Origin: Octopus sinensis
Taxonomy: Eukaryota
Reading direction: 5' to 3'
Length of the DNA stretch: 64,000 bases
Assembly: GCF_006345805.1 (NCBI RefSeq)
Contig: NC_042997.1
Location: 125,426,001 to 125,490,000 of the forward strand
The notes under the pieces are model-generated. The model worked only from the letters and a program-made list of their open reading frames with translations. It ran no database searches and was not told where the DNA came from. The translations under genes were made by a program, and so were the position numbers. Shown piece by piece: positions 23,848 to 36,436 of the stretch (positions are counted from its first letter, which is position 1; each line of letters begins with the position of its first letter).

Positions 23848-24237
23848 ACTAGCAGTATCACCCAGCGTTGCTCGGGTTTATTTCGACCCTTTAGAATTGG
23901 AATTTTTGAAAAGTAAAAATATTGCATTATGTAGCTTGTTATTCTCTTTAAGTGAACATTTTTCTGGTTGAAATACACCGAAAAATGGCGACACAGCAGT
24001 CAAAAAATCTTTAAAAATAGGGATTTTCATAGAAAAAAAACACCTTTTTGATGTAAATAATTTTTGGTGTTAACATGGTCCGATTTGAATTTTTTCTTCT
24101 ACGGAAGGAAGAGCAAGCCTTATTCTATCATACTTTCAATTTTGGTCAACTTGCGCCGCATGGTCTCGGAGAAGATAGTGTTAGTTGAAGGCTACCAAAT
24201 CTGCCATACACAGACAACTTCAGCTTTATATATAGAG
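23848..24237 (-). mobile_element. Non-autonomous Helitron/Helentron (HINE, DINE-1-like)
   Basis: Minus strand starts TCTATATATAAAGCTGAAGTTGTCTGTGT and ends with the hairpin CCCGAGCAACGCTGGG, an 8-nt spacer and CTAG(T). Confidence 0.8.
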
Positions 24238-24693
24238 AGATAAGGAGTAAAGATAGAATATGGATGACAAATCAAATTAATACACTTGTCAATGTTATCT
24301 AGTGGTTGTCTTTTGAGATGTGACATCGATCATCGTTTGTTGTTAAAAGAACTCTGGTCCACATAACTTGTATACGCACACACATACGCACATATACTCA
24401 CACAGAGGTGAAACGCTGTTTGACTTTCCTTTTCAGGGTTGAATGTTCCCCATCCCACTTCCATTACACACACACACACACACAAGCTTTGACATACCTC
24501 CCTTTTACATATACACACGTATACTCACACAGAGTTGAAACGCCGTTTTGATTTTTTTTTTCACCGTAGAACTTCCATCATCCCACTACCAAGTTTGCCA
24601 TCACCCCTTCCTTCCTTATTCACCTATCGCTCCGTCCTTTCCCATTCACATGTTGTGACACAAGAGTATTATTATAGTAGATCCTTAAAAAGG

Positions 24694-24906
24694 GAGCGAG
24701 CTGGCAGAATCGTTAGAACCCCGGGCAAAATGCTTAGCAATATTTCGTCCGTTTTTACATTCTCAGTTCAGATTCCGCTGAGATTGACTTTGCCCTTCAT
24801 CCTTTCGTGATCAATAAAATAAATACCACATGGACACAGGGGTCGATGTAATCGACTTAATCTCTCTTCCGAAATTGCTGGCCTTGTGCCAATGCTTGAA
24901 ACCATT
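24694..24906 (+). mobile_element. SINE family B monomer with short tail
   Basis: GAGCGAGCTGGCAGAATCGTTAG head to GAAATTGCTGGCCTTGTGCCAATGCTTGAAACC. Confidence 0.85.
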
Positions 24907-25759
24907 ATTAATATCCTTAAGAAACATTAAAACCCACATTTTGTCTTCTCTAAAATTCTTAAACGTCACGGCTTCCCTGAGAAAGTAACCGAAAAACTTC
25001 CAGTGCCTCTTAATTGAGTCAATACAAATGGATCGAAGCAAGCGATAACCAGAAATAAATATACTGGCTAAAACAGAAAAACATTATTAAAAAAAACACA
25101 TATAATGCACTTTTGTGACGTCATTTGTCATTTTACTAAGACAAATGACTCTTTTACAAGGCTAGCTGTTGTTGTTTGACCCAGGGTTTGATTTTGACTT
25201 CTCCTTATAGTAATTTCACTATGTGGATATTATGTTAAATTTAAAGTTCTGGCATTTATGAAACATAAGATGCAAATAAGAAGGGTAGAATGGTATATGA
25301 TAAAGAAGTTTTATCTTTGATATCTCAAGCGAATCCCGTTTCCTTCATATTTTGTATTAATAGCACATAACTTAGCATAGAATAACGCATATCAATATTT
25401 TCTATCTACATAGCTTCACTGGAACGATTATATCTTGTAACTAATAGGTTCGGAGGAAAGAAAAAGAAATATTTTTCACTGATGTATAGAATATAAATTG
25501 GTCTTTCGTGGAGTGTAATTTTTTTTATCGTTAACTTCCATCTTGTCATTCCCTCTTATAGATTACCACCGTAAATTTTAAATGCAAAATTCTCGATTTT
25601 AACTCTATTGCAACTTAAACGGTGATAAATTAAAACTGTATACAAATACATACGTGTGTACGTGTGTGTGTATGTGTGTACGTGTGTGCATATATACATT
25701 GTGTACGTGTGTGCATATGTACATGTATCGAAATATATAGACTCATATTTAAAAGCACA

Positions 25760-26131
25760 TTTATTTGTCAATCTCTGTCTATCTCTCACTATCTCCCGCT
25801 TCCTCTCTCTTCTCCTCTCTCTCGCCCCTCTCTCTCACTCATCCACTTCCCCTCTCTTTCTATCGCTTATCCCTTCTCTCTCTCTCCCTCATCATCTCTC
25901 TCTATCACTCATCCTCTCTCTCGCTCTATCTACCTCTATCTCTCTCTGTCACTCATCTTCTCTCTCTTTCTATCACCCATCCTTTCTCTTTCACTTTATC
26001 ACTCATCCACTTCTCCTCTCTCTCGCCCTTTCTCTCTCTTTCTATCACTCATCCTCCTCTCTCTCTTTCTCTCTCTCTCTTACTCATCCTCTCTCTCTCT
26101 CTATCTTTATCTCTCTCTATCACTCATCCAC

Positions 26132-26170
<39 letters not shown>

Positions 26171-26180
26171 CTCTCCCATT
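25760..26180. repeat. Polypyrimidine (CT)n-rich tract with recurring TATCACTCATCC motif
   Basis: ~420 bp dominated by C/T on the + strand. Confidence 0.85.
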
Positions 26181-26954
26181 ATATCAAGATGTATACAACA
26201 TATACACATATATGTATCTTTATATATACATTAACATATATCCATGTGTGTACTAATCAGTGCGTGCTTGTGTGAACACATTAATATGCATACACTTATA
26301 TATGTGGGACTGCACATATAAGCTTATATGTATGTGTGTACTAAGGAGCTTGTATGTGTGAATGTGTGTATGCATGCGTGTATGTGTATGTATGTATGTA
26401 TATGCGTATAAGTATGAGTGTGTGTGTGTGTGGGTATGTATGTGTGAAAACGATATGAATATTCAATCAGAAAAGGCCATTTGAAGAATCTCTTAAATCA
26501 TATAAAAGTTTTGGATAAAGCCAAGTCTAAAAAGATAAAAACTTAATACTTCTAAAATCTATGATGTGTTATATATTGTTTGTTATGTATGGGTGTGGGG
26601 TGTGGCTATTTTATGATTGGGGTGGGTACGTAGGTAGCGCAGAGGGTAGGGTGGGGTCTTTAGCATATCCAGACAATGATTTGTCTAGATTTATGGGGCA
26701 TTGTCCTCAAGTTAGAATCATGATGCAGACGTCTCTATTCCCAGTCTTAAAGTATCAAAGAACACTTTGTACCAGTAAGTCGCACTCTAATGTATGCATA
26801 GGGCAGAGGAACATTGCCAGAAATGGTAACATAGATTTGTTTTGGTTGTAGCTCTCTGAATTAACAATTTAATGGTGCTGGGTTGGAAACAGTATATCCG
26901 GTTTTATGAATAGTTACTAAATATAGAGGACAGAATCGCTAAAGATGGATGAGT

Positions 26955-26955
26955 G

Positions 26956-27033
<78 letters not shown>

Positions 27034-27105
27034 CAGACAGAGAGACAGACAGATAGACAGATAGATAGACAGACAGACAGAAAGATAGACAGACAGATAG
27101 ATAGA
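26955..27105. repeat. (TAGA)n/(CAGA)n microsatellite
   Basis: Direct reading. Confidence 0.95.
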
Positions 27106-27108
27106 TAA

Positions 27109-27335
27109 CTCCTTTGTCTGTCCTTGTTTGTCCCCTCTGTGTTTAGCCCCTTGTAGGTAGTAAAGAAATAGGTATTTCGCCCGTCGCTATGCTCTGAGTA
27201 CAAATTCCGCCGAGGTCGACTTTGCCTTCCATCATTTCGGGGTCGATAAATTAAATACAAGTGAAACACTTGGGTCGATGTAATCGACTAGACCCCTCCC
27301 CACAAATTTCAGGCCTTGTGCCTCCAGTTGAAAGG
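27109..27335 (+). mobile_element. SINE family B (long tail plus core plus short tail; head missing)
   Basis: TTTGTCTGTCCTTGTTTGTCCCC...GGTATTTCG...GGGTCGATGTAATCGACT...GGCCTTGTGCC. Confidence 0.85.
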
Positions 27336-27339
27336 ATTA

Positions 27340-29099
27340 CACTGGGGAACATTTCAAAAAAATTCTTAGTTGTCTCGCTTTTTACAATTAGTCCTACTTT
27401 ACTTGAGGGTGTTGGGTTCAGAAATGCCCCAGAAATTTTCTATCACATCAAGTTTTTTGTTAAACAGGAATTCATTCTTTTTTTTTTAACCAAAAAATGT
27501 CAATTTTGCCATTAAATGCGAGACTGAAATAAGAAACGAACACAAACCAAATAGTACTTTTTATAGTCTAACAGATATATTACACCGAATGTTTAATTAC
27601 GCATCTTAGAATAGATATTTATGTCAAAATGGAGTTTGAACTACTCAAGGAATGTACTTTCTCTTTGTTACTTTATATGAATAAATTTCATCATGACAGT
27701 CTCTTTGCAGTGATCATCAGTAGACAGCACCATGTTGGTGTTAACCTGCCTTGATACTTAGTCCCCATGTTCTCAATGTCTTGGTGGAATCTTTTTCCTT
27801 GCTCATCACTATTGCCTCAGGATTTTCAAGGAAGTAGTCCAGAGGACTGTGCAGGAAGTGTACATTTACATTCGTGTTGCAGCCCAGTGCTTGAAAACTG
27901 ATCAACAGTGTCAGCACAAGTTTTTCATAATTTAATGACTTCAGATACAACTGTAACGAAAGTATTCCATGCTTCTTTTTCAATGCCAGACATGATCTCC
28001 AAAAATACCTCATCCTACAATAGTCACCTGATATGAGGCCCATCAAACACTCCAAACTTACTTTTCTCAAAAGACAAAGCTGGAAACTGTCTGCTTAAGT
28101 ATTTGAAGCAGTCACTGTCTCAGAGTTTCAACACGTTTTGCACACTATATGGGATGCCCAAACTTTGTCTTGTCACCTAGTTTCATGCTAAAATAAGTCA
28201 GGAAGTAAGGTAACGTTTCTTCATAAAATCTGTGATTTTGTTTCAGTGCCTGATCCAGAAATAAGCAGAAGACATCGAGACTATTTTTACGTTCTCTTCT
28301 CTCAAAACTGGCCATATTTCTGAAACACAAAACATGTTCAAGCCAGTTGTCAGCTAGGAAAGCATTTTCAGAATAGTCAACAGTTATAAAGTAAACAAAT
28401 GCAGATTTGTGATGGCAAAGTTCCATAAAGAGCATACATATCATGAAATTCTTTTTAAGGTTCTTTGACAACGCTTAACGAAGTGACCTTGACACATGTG
28501 ACCTCACAATCAAAACATTAAGGGCACATTCAAAATACTAATTTTCATGAGAAACAGTTTAAAGTTCAGCAAAATATGTCTCTTCTAGTTTGCAATGATA
28601 GTCACACTAAATTAAGCAAAGCATGGGCATATCTGCAAATAAATTCCGCAAATATGAGACGTATGGTGTCTAGGGTCAGAAAAATATGTTATTTCTTAAC
28701 ATCTAATTGTATAAAGGACATTTCTGTCATCATCATGACATTTGAAACTGGTTAGTTTGAAAATACTGGAAGTTGCTCAGGTTTGATACTTTTTATTTAC
28801 TAAAGATACTTAAATCATCACTTTTATTTTCACTTTTGCAGTTGTATTCAATTTAAACGACATAGAAAAACTACGTTTTCAAGGTTATTTCTAACTCCGT
28901 AGATGGGTTCGCATTTGATGAAGTCAAATCTATCCTCAGAAATGGTGACAATACCAGAAATGTTGAAAAATGGACATCTCAGTTTGTGAAAAATCTTGAC
29001 GTGATACAGCAAAATGGCTTTCATTTTTAAAATCAACACCCCCGAATTAGTAGGAAACATGTCTTCAACATCAGACGACAAAACTCCTGTTTCCCAGCA
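27340..29099 (-). mobile_element. Chapaev(3)-like (CMC superfamily) DNA transposon, internally deleted, both termini present
   Basis: Left end CACTGGGGAAC; right end GTTTCCCAGCA. Imperfect ~130-bp subterminal inverted repeats (CCTACT...GGGTGTTG...TATCAC(A/G)TCAAG). Transposase remnants inside. Confidence 0.7.
27741..28290 (-). pseudogene. Chapaev-like transposase remnants
   Basis: VFCLFLDQALKQNHRFYEETLPYFLTYFSMKLGDKTKFGHPI resembles FCYICG...YFGMKLGDQDK.WAPH. NYEKLVLTLLISFQALGCNTNVNVHFLHSPLDYFLEN resembles NY..LV..LL..F..LGCNMS.K.HFLHSHLD.FPEN. Confidence 0.8.
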
Positions 29100-29112
29100 A
29101 GGTAGCAAAGAC

Positions 29113-29503
29113 GGCAGGCTGGCAGAATCGTTAAGCAGGCCGGGCAAAATGCGTAGCCAAATTTCGTCTGCCGTTACGTTCTGAGTTCACATTCCGTCGT
29201 GGTCGACTTTGCCTTTCATCCTTTCGGGGTCGATTAAATAAGTACCAGTTACGCACTGGGGTCGATGTAATCGACTTAATCCGTTTGTCTGTCCTTGTTT
29301 GTCCCCTCTGTGTTTAGCCCCTTGTGAGTAGTAAAGAAATAGGTATTTCGTCCGTCTTTGCATTCTGAGTTCAAATTCCGCCAAGGTTGATGTTGCTTTT
29401 CGTCTTTTTTGGAGTCGATAAAATAAAGTTGAGCACTTGGATCGGTGTAATCGACTTATCTTCTCTCCTAAATTGCTGGGCTTGTGCCAAAATTTGAAAC
29501 CAA
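29113..29503 (+). mobile_element. SINE family B dimer (head, core, long tail, core, short tail)
   Basis: Direct match to the family consensus seen elsewhere in the window. Confidence 0.9.
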
Positions 29504-29517
29504 TATTATATTATTCT

Positions 29518-29650
29518 TTTACTCTTTTACTCTTTTAGTTGTTTCAGTCACTTGACTGCAGCAATGCTGAAGCACCGCCTTTAGTCGAGCAAATCGACCC
29601 CAGAACTTATTCGTTGTAAGCCTAGTACTTATTTTATCCGTCTCTTTTGC
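29518..29650 (-). mobile_element. SINE family A, 3' half
   Basis: GTTTCAGTCACTTGACTGCAGC...TTTAGTCGAGCAAATCGACCCCAG...TCTCTTTTGCC. Confidence 0.85.
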
Positions 29651-29934
29651 CAAACATATGAAAAGTATGAAATGCAAAAATGACTTCAGATTTAATACGG
29701 CTCCATTGGACGTAGGACAACATTTTAACATTTTGATGCATTTAAAATTTTTAAATGTGAGTATTTTATACTGGTAAATACAATATACACCTACCGCTTC
29801 TGAGTTGTAGATTTATAGCTGGCTACAGCAGGGAAGAATATGTAATTATGATTCATAAAACACGAAATATATTCCAGCCAATGGACAATGGTCATTCACA
29901 GGAAGCAATAACGAAATGATTGACCTCAGCATTG

Positions 29935-30190
29935 ATATTGTTGGGGTTAGACTCAAATCAACTCTAATCGGACTGACCTATGATTAAAGAAACTCCAATC
30001 ACCATTATTCCATGTATTTTTAATGTTTTTTGTTATTTTTTGTCTTTTTTTTTCTTTAAGTAGATCAAAGACTATAGTGTTTGCTATTTACTATGGCTTT
30101 TATGCGTCTTTTTAAGACAATAGGGTGTTATTTCCGGAAAATATAGGTCTTGTTTCTCACTCTTCGAACGACTGCATAGTTAGCTAGATA
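29935..30190 (-). mobile_element. Repeat family D, diverged
   Basis: GTTGGGGTTAGACTC...GACCTATGATTAAAGAAACTCCA...TAGGGTGTTATTTCCGG, the reverse complement of the 42945-43140 type. Confidence 0.45.
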
Positions 30191-30199
30191 ATATTGATT

Positions 30200-30400
30200 T
30201 CAAATTTTAGCACAAGGCCAGTGAATTTGATGGAAGGAGTAAGTCAATTACATCGACCCCAGCACTCAATTGGTACTTATTTTATCAACCCGAAAGGAGA
30301 GAGGCAAATTCGAATTCGGCGGGACTTGAACTTAAAACAAAAACGGGCGAAATGCTGCCAAGCAATTTTCTCCAGCGCGCTAACAACTCTGCCTGCTCGC
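30200..30400 (-). mobile_element. SINE family B monomer
   Basis: GCACAAGGCCAG...GTCAATTACATCGACCCCAG...GGTACTTATTTTATCAACCCGAAAGG...CGAAATGCT. Confidence 0.8.
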
Positions 30401-30738
30401 AACCGTAGTTGGTCAATAAATATTAATTATGTTAGATACAGACTGATAATGTTAGATACATATGACCATTAAAAATTATAATTGTAAAGTAATCCTCTCC
30501 TTCTCAGCTCACTCTATGCAAGGCAAACGTGCTTGCCCTCTTCAAGGACACAACGCACCGTTTGGTCTAGAAATTGAAACTCTGACATTATGCTCGTGAG
30601 CTGAACATCGTAGCTAGCCGCTAGGTTACGCATAGACAGGGCAAATATGCATATATATCTTTCATACATATACATATGTGCATGTATGTGAGTATGTATG
30701 TATGATTCAACATGATCTATATATAGAGAGAGAGAAAG

Positions 30739-30791
<53 letters not shown>

Positions 30792-30794
<3 letters not shown>

Positions 30795-31161
30795 GCAGGA
30801 GTGGCTGTGTAGAAAGTAGCTTGCTTTCCATCCACATGGTTCCGTGTTCAGTGTCACTGCGTGGCACCTTCGGCAAGTGTCTTCTACTATAGCCTCAGGC
30901 CGACCAAGGCCTTGTGAGTCGATTTGGTAGACGGAAACTGCAAGAAGCCCGTCGTATATGTGTGTGTATTGTCTGTGTTTGTTCCTCCCAACATCGCTTG
31001 ATAACCGATGCTGGTGTGCTTACGTCCCCGTCACATAGCGGTTCGGCTAAAGAGAGCGATAGAATAAGTACAGCGAATAAGTCCTGGGGTCGATTTACTC
31101 GACTAAAAGCGGTGCTGCAGCATGGCCGGAGTCAAATGACTGTAAAAGAAAGCAAATAAAA

Positions 31162-31164
<3 letters not shown>
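30792..31164 (+). mobile_element. SINE family A, full length
   Basis: GACGCAGGAGTGGCTGTGT head to GTCAAATGACTGTAAAAG tail. Confidence 0.9.
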
Positions 31165-31226
<62 letters not shown>

Positions 31227-31259
31227 TATGTGTGTGTATGTGTGTGTGTCTTCGTCAGA

Positions 31260-32420
31260 TTTACATGCATGTGCTTTGTTGTCGATAGGAGTTGGTTTTT
31301 TTCTTTCAAATTTAATGTTTTTATATTATATTATTAGTATCAATTTATGGTCTGCTCTAATACATTTTGTGTTCTGTTTTATGAGATTTTTGATAATGTG
31401 TTCATATATTTAGTATACATTTGATTCACATAATACACTTTATGTGTGGTTTGTGTATTTTTAATAGGTATGATGGCTGCTACGTCTGTGACGTTGTATT
31501 TGTGTTCTAGTTTTTATGGCTTCGTCTATTAGTTTGTTGCAATAACCGTTGCTGATTAGTATTTCTTTTATTCTGTGGATTTCTTTATCTTGTACTTCGT
31601 ATGTAGAGGGATTTTTTACTGCTGACATTTAGTATCTGTAATGCACATTCTGTCTCCATGTAAATATATGCATTTATGTGTATCTGTGGTGTACATTGAT
31701 GAGATGCATCTTCTTTTTTCTGTCTGAATACTTTCCGTTTTTTATCTAGAAATGGAGCCATTGTATTTGCTAGGAATTTTATTTGTACTATACATTCTCT
31801 TTGCTCAATTTTTTAATACGGGTTATTTTCTACGTCTTCTTTAATTTCTCAGAGTCTTCTGCCGTGGGCATAACTACGAGTATATCGTCCACCTAACCTG
31901 ATGTTTATCGTATGTTTATGTAGTGGTACCATTTTGTTTCTATTGTTACTGCGTAGAAAGCTGCGAATGTAAGCCCTAGAAGAAAACCCATGGTTACTCC
32001 ATCCAGTTGCTAATATAATTTGCTTAGCGGACAGTAAAATGATACTTCAGTTTTATAAAGGACACTAATTATTTCAGTATATTAGCTGCTATCGTAAGTG
32101 GTATTAATCCTGGCCGTTTGTGTACACTATTTAATGCGGTTTCCATTGTGTTTGGCATTTAGTGATCCTGCCAACCTTTGGTGTCTTCTTAAATCTCAAA
32201 GAAATCGTTAGCCTTTATGGTTTGATAATATTATTTATTTGTTTAGCAGTGTTGTGTATTGGTACAGTTACGAGATATTACGTGTCGACGCTGTGGTATT
32301 ACTTTTTACTGTTCTCCAGAAATGGATTAGCTTAGATTCTCCATCAATGATGGATAGATAAAGGGGCTTCTAAATCAGTATTTATTACCGTCATTAGGTT
32401 ATCCATGTTAACTTTTAATT
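31260..32420 (-). mobile_element. Penelope-like element RT remnant (Naiad-type linker), frameshifted, truncated before GIY-YIG
   Basis: Minus strand: SVDT*YLVTVPIH (motif A region), QLDGVTMGFLLGLTFAAFY (resembles YKQ.DGV.MGSPLGP.LA.FY), VDDILVV (YVDD), EIHRIKEILISNGYCNKLIDEAI, and EHIIKNLIKQNTKCIRADHKLILII (linker). Confidence 0.82.
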
Positions 32421-32504
32421 GGATCATATTATGGTTCTGAATCGTTAACAAATTTGTGTATGGTCGTTAAGTAAATTGTAAATAATGTTAATATCCTAAT
32501 CACG

Positions 32505-32722
32505 CTAAGGCGACGGGCTGTCAGAATTGTTACTGCGGCGGGCAAAATGCTTTCCAGCATTTCGTCCGTCTTTACATTCGGAGTTCAAATTTCGTTGAGG
32601 TCGACATTGCCTTTCATCCTTTCGTGGTCGATAAAATATGTACCGATTGAGTACTGGGGTCGATGTAATCGACTTACCCCTTCCCCGAAATAGCTGAGCC
32701 TCTGTCAAAACATGAAACCGAT
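32505..32722 (+). mobile_element. SINE family B monomer inserted at the upstream edge of the Penelope remnant
   Basis: GGCGACGGGCTGTCAGAATTG head, core, short tail. Confidence 0.85.
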
Positions 32723-33082
32723 ATTATACACGCAGGGAATCTCTATCACGTGTTATTTTCGAGTAGCACATAACTGTGCATTATTTCACTTCAGACAGAA
32801 CAAAGAAATAACAAACATAGTCAGACATAATCACGTAAACACATAGAAGAAGTATGTTTTAGGCAAAATTCAAAGTTTCATATGACAACAAAAATAGAAT
32901 TAAGCAATGCTCCAGATTTGAGTGGCTTAAGTCATGCGGACGTGCGTCAGTATCTAGAATTAAAACAGAGTATGGATTTAGCCTCACCATAGCTTTACAT
33001 ATTATTCTACAGCACACCCCATCTCTCGGTACATGTATCAAGCGCACGTAAGTGTGCGTGTGGGAGTACTTATTTGTTTATT

Positions 33083-33485
33083 GCCCACAAGGTGCTAAAC
33101 ATAGAGGGGACAAACAAGGACAGACAAAGGGATTAAGTCGATTACATCGACGCCAGTGCGTAACTGGTACTTATTTAATCGACCCCGAAAGGATGAAAGG
33201 CAAAGTCGATCTCGGCGGAATCTGAACTCAGAACGTAACGGCAGACGAAATACCTATATCTTTACAACCCACAAGGAGCTAAACACAGAGAGGACAAACA
33301 AGGACAGACAAAGGGATTAAGTCGATTACATCGACCCCAGTGCGTAACTGGTACTTAATTTATCGAACCCGAAAGGATGAAAGGCAAAGTCGACCTCGGC
33401 GGAATTTGAACTCAGAACGCAACGGCAGACGAAATACCGCTAAGCATTTCGCCCGGTGTGCTAACGTTTCTGCAAGCTCGTCGCC
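33083..33485 (-). mobile_element. SINE family B dimer with complete head
   Basis: Two ~185-bp units starting near 33083 and 33268, then GCTAAGCATTTCGCCCGG...CAAGCTCGTCGCC head. Confidence 0.9.
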
Positions 33486-34858
33486 ATGTGAGAGTACTTG
33501 TGTGTATGTGAGTGTGAATGATGTAAGTGAATGTATGTATGTGCGTGTGTGTGTGTGTGCGCGCGCGCGTTTGTGTGTGTGTAACACATAAATAGAGTTT
33601 GAAATATTGCTTTTAGATACATGGCGTATTTTATAAATATGCTTGTTCAAATATCATAATAGCATAGAACTATTAATAAGTCTTTCGTTTGCGTATTACT
33701 CGATTATCAACTCACAAACGGTTAGGATTGTTTTTTCTAATAGAAAAAAATCTCTCACAAATTAACTCTTCACATAATAGTCTGTTAAATAAGAATCCAA
33801 TTACTAATACTAACATTAATTTAGCAATTACCAACCATTCCTATAGAAATATTAATAACAAAGTTATTGTCTCTGAAGTCAATTCCAACAGAATTAAGTT
33901 TATGTCTAGTAATTCTAAGTTTTAAAACTCTATATACCAGTGTAAAATTACTTCAGGTACAGATGTCTTTTTTTATATAGGTATATTCTCAGTTATATAA
34001 AAGAATTTCTAATCATTAGTCTACATTTAGGGATAGTACTAAACGCAACAGTACAGGGCTTAGTAAATTAATTTGGTATCTAAAAGACCATAATAAAGAA
34101 TTTAATTTAGAATGGCTGATTCTCTTCATTTCATTCCCATATGAAAAAGGCAAAGAATTCTGCCAACTCTGTAACAGTGAACTATTTTCTATTCTAATTT
34201 CTAAGAATCCCCTTGGAAACACGGTTATAGAGTGTGCTTATCGATGTAATCATTGGCAGAAACACCATTAATTCATATAAGTGATATCTACCATTATATA
34301 TAATTTAAACATTGATTTTCTTCTTACATTTACACTTACATTTTTCCAAGCCTTTAAGCTTTTATTTTAATTCACATATCGCTCTATATTTCTCCTTTAT
34401 TAGTTTTCTCCTTATTTCTTTCCTTTATCCCTTCTCTTTCTATAGGCTACCTTTGACGTTATATCCTCTAACGATTTTTAAGAACACTTAATAGCGTTCC
34501 GTTCATCATTATACACATCCATCACATTTTGTTAAAATTTCTTATTGATGAGTTTGGTTTCTTTATTTCTTTCCCGGATGAGAAGATTACATTGGTTTAC
34601 ATAATTTTATTCCTTTGGAATAATATCAGTGTTTTCTTCGAAACATATGTCGGAAGTAAAAGAAATTGAATAACACCTACGTTTAACTCCATTTATTTAT
34701 TTATTTATATATATTATACAAAATATTTCACATCAACCTGGAGTTTCTACCTTTACAAACAGGGTGTTACGTTCTTATTACTTGTGTGATTTTTTGCTGC
34801 CCTGGTAGCTGTTTATTTTTCCGTGTTAATTGTAAACAAACGAAAAATACACACATCC

Positions 34859-35035
<177 letters not shown>

Positions 35036-36009
35036 GTGTCTGCGCGTGCATGCGTTGTGGGGATACCTCTTTATAAGAACACTGATCGCAACAGTATCCA
35101 TTGAGATGGACTCGGTTAAATTTAATAAAAGCGGTAAGTGTATGAATGATGTGGTTGTGCGTTTGGGTGCGCATGCACCTGCACACCTTAAAGGATGAAG
35201 AGATAGATTTTTTCCCCAAACAAGATCCCCTATCTTTCGAAAGGAAAAAAGCCATGATTTGTAACGTTCATGCATTTCTCCATAATACCCCCAACATATT
35301 GTAATGGCTTCTTGATAATTACTAATTGTTAATGAAACATTGTTAAGATGGAAAGACTGAAGCGGAAATTAATAGTCATTTTGGGACTAAATATGCTCAC
35401 TTGTGGCTGCAGGGACCTTCACAGCAGATTAAGGGACAATTTCGATTGTGATGTAGAATCTAAAGTTTAGAATTAGAGATTAAAATCTTGTAGATTGAAT
35501 TTCTGAAAGAATGCCCCTGGCAGTTATTTGATCGACTCTGGATGATGAGAATTTAACAGAATTTCTTACGTGTATTTTTATTATTAAACTTGTTAAAATA
35601 ATTATCCAGGTCGGCCTTTATCATTACAGTTTGCAAAGTTTGCATAATGTGAAACAAATATAACTTTTGGTTATTCTTTTTACTCCTATTCTTTATGATT
35701 TGAACAAAATCCAGTTTTTCCGTTTCGCCATATCGTCTTTAGTTACCTATCTCAAATCATTCAGACCGTTATCTAATGTAAAAGTTGCCGCCGACCATTA
35801 TCCAGTTCTCACAAAAAAATATATGATGATAAAATTTCAGGAATATAGTCGAATTTTTGTTGATGACTTTGCTTAGAGCCATATCTTTCCTGGTTGAGTG
35901 AACCTATGTTCAATGACGTTCTAGCAGTGACTATCCCATCTCTTTTAGAAGTACATTTGAAACCGTATTTCGTGGTCTGCTACCACAACAGCTCCTTTAT
36001 AGGATCCAG

Positions 36010-36330
36010 TTAGCTCAAGACATCATCAGGAGGAACCACGTCCGGTTTCGGCACGTACTCCTCTACCATTTTGACGTAGCGCCCTCCACCCCACTTTCGG
36101 AGGTGTCTTCAGCTCTGGTGTTGGGTGCATTTCTTCTTTCTACTGTTCCCTGGCCTCTTCGATGTAGCGTCAATTTTTTCCCTTTAAATAACTGCTGCAA
36201 GGCTGCAGGCAGCCCCAGCAAGTTGTCACGTGACACTGTCTCAAATTTAACTGACCAATGAAGGCGCGTAGTCTCAGCCCACGCATTCTCTAAATGATTC
36301 CGTCATCTGTCAATCAGCGAAGCTAATTCA
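36010..36330 (-). mobile_element. GC-richer LTR/pseudo-LTR-like segment with promoter-like motifs
   Basis: Minus strand order: ATTGG (CCAAT), GTCACGTGAC (E-box), TATTTAAA, then CTGAAGA (36106-36112), GAAAC (36045-36049), CTGATGA (36023-36029). This resembles Penelope terminal repeats, but no canonical hammerhead fold was found. Confidence 0.35.
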
Positions 36331-36436
36331 GTGTCAGCTTGTCTCACCTAGTGATGTTATTTTCCGCCGGCATGTTATGACTTTCAAGCCAGGGTGTAAG
36401 CTGAAAGATTTTTGGCTGTTATATCTAGCAAATGAT

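Noticed and set aside
27686-27720. CTGATGA...GAAA on the minus strand
   Set aside because: Stem II is offset by one base, and stems I and III and the NUH site cannot be formed.
31252-31258. CTGACGA at the end of the Penelope remnant
   Set aside because: No downstream GAAA or stems. It lies in truncated coding linker abutting a microsatellite.
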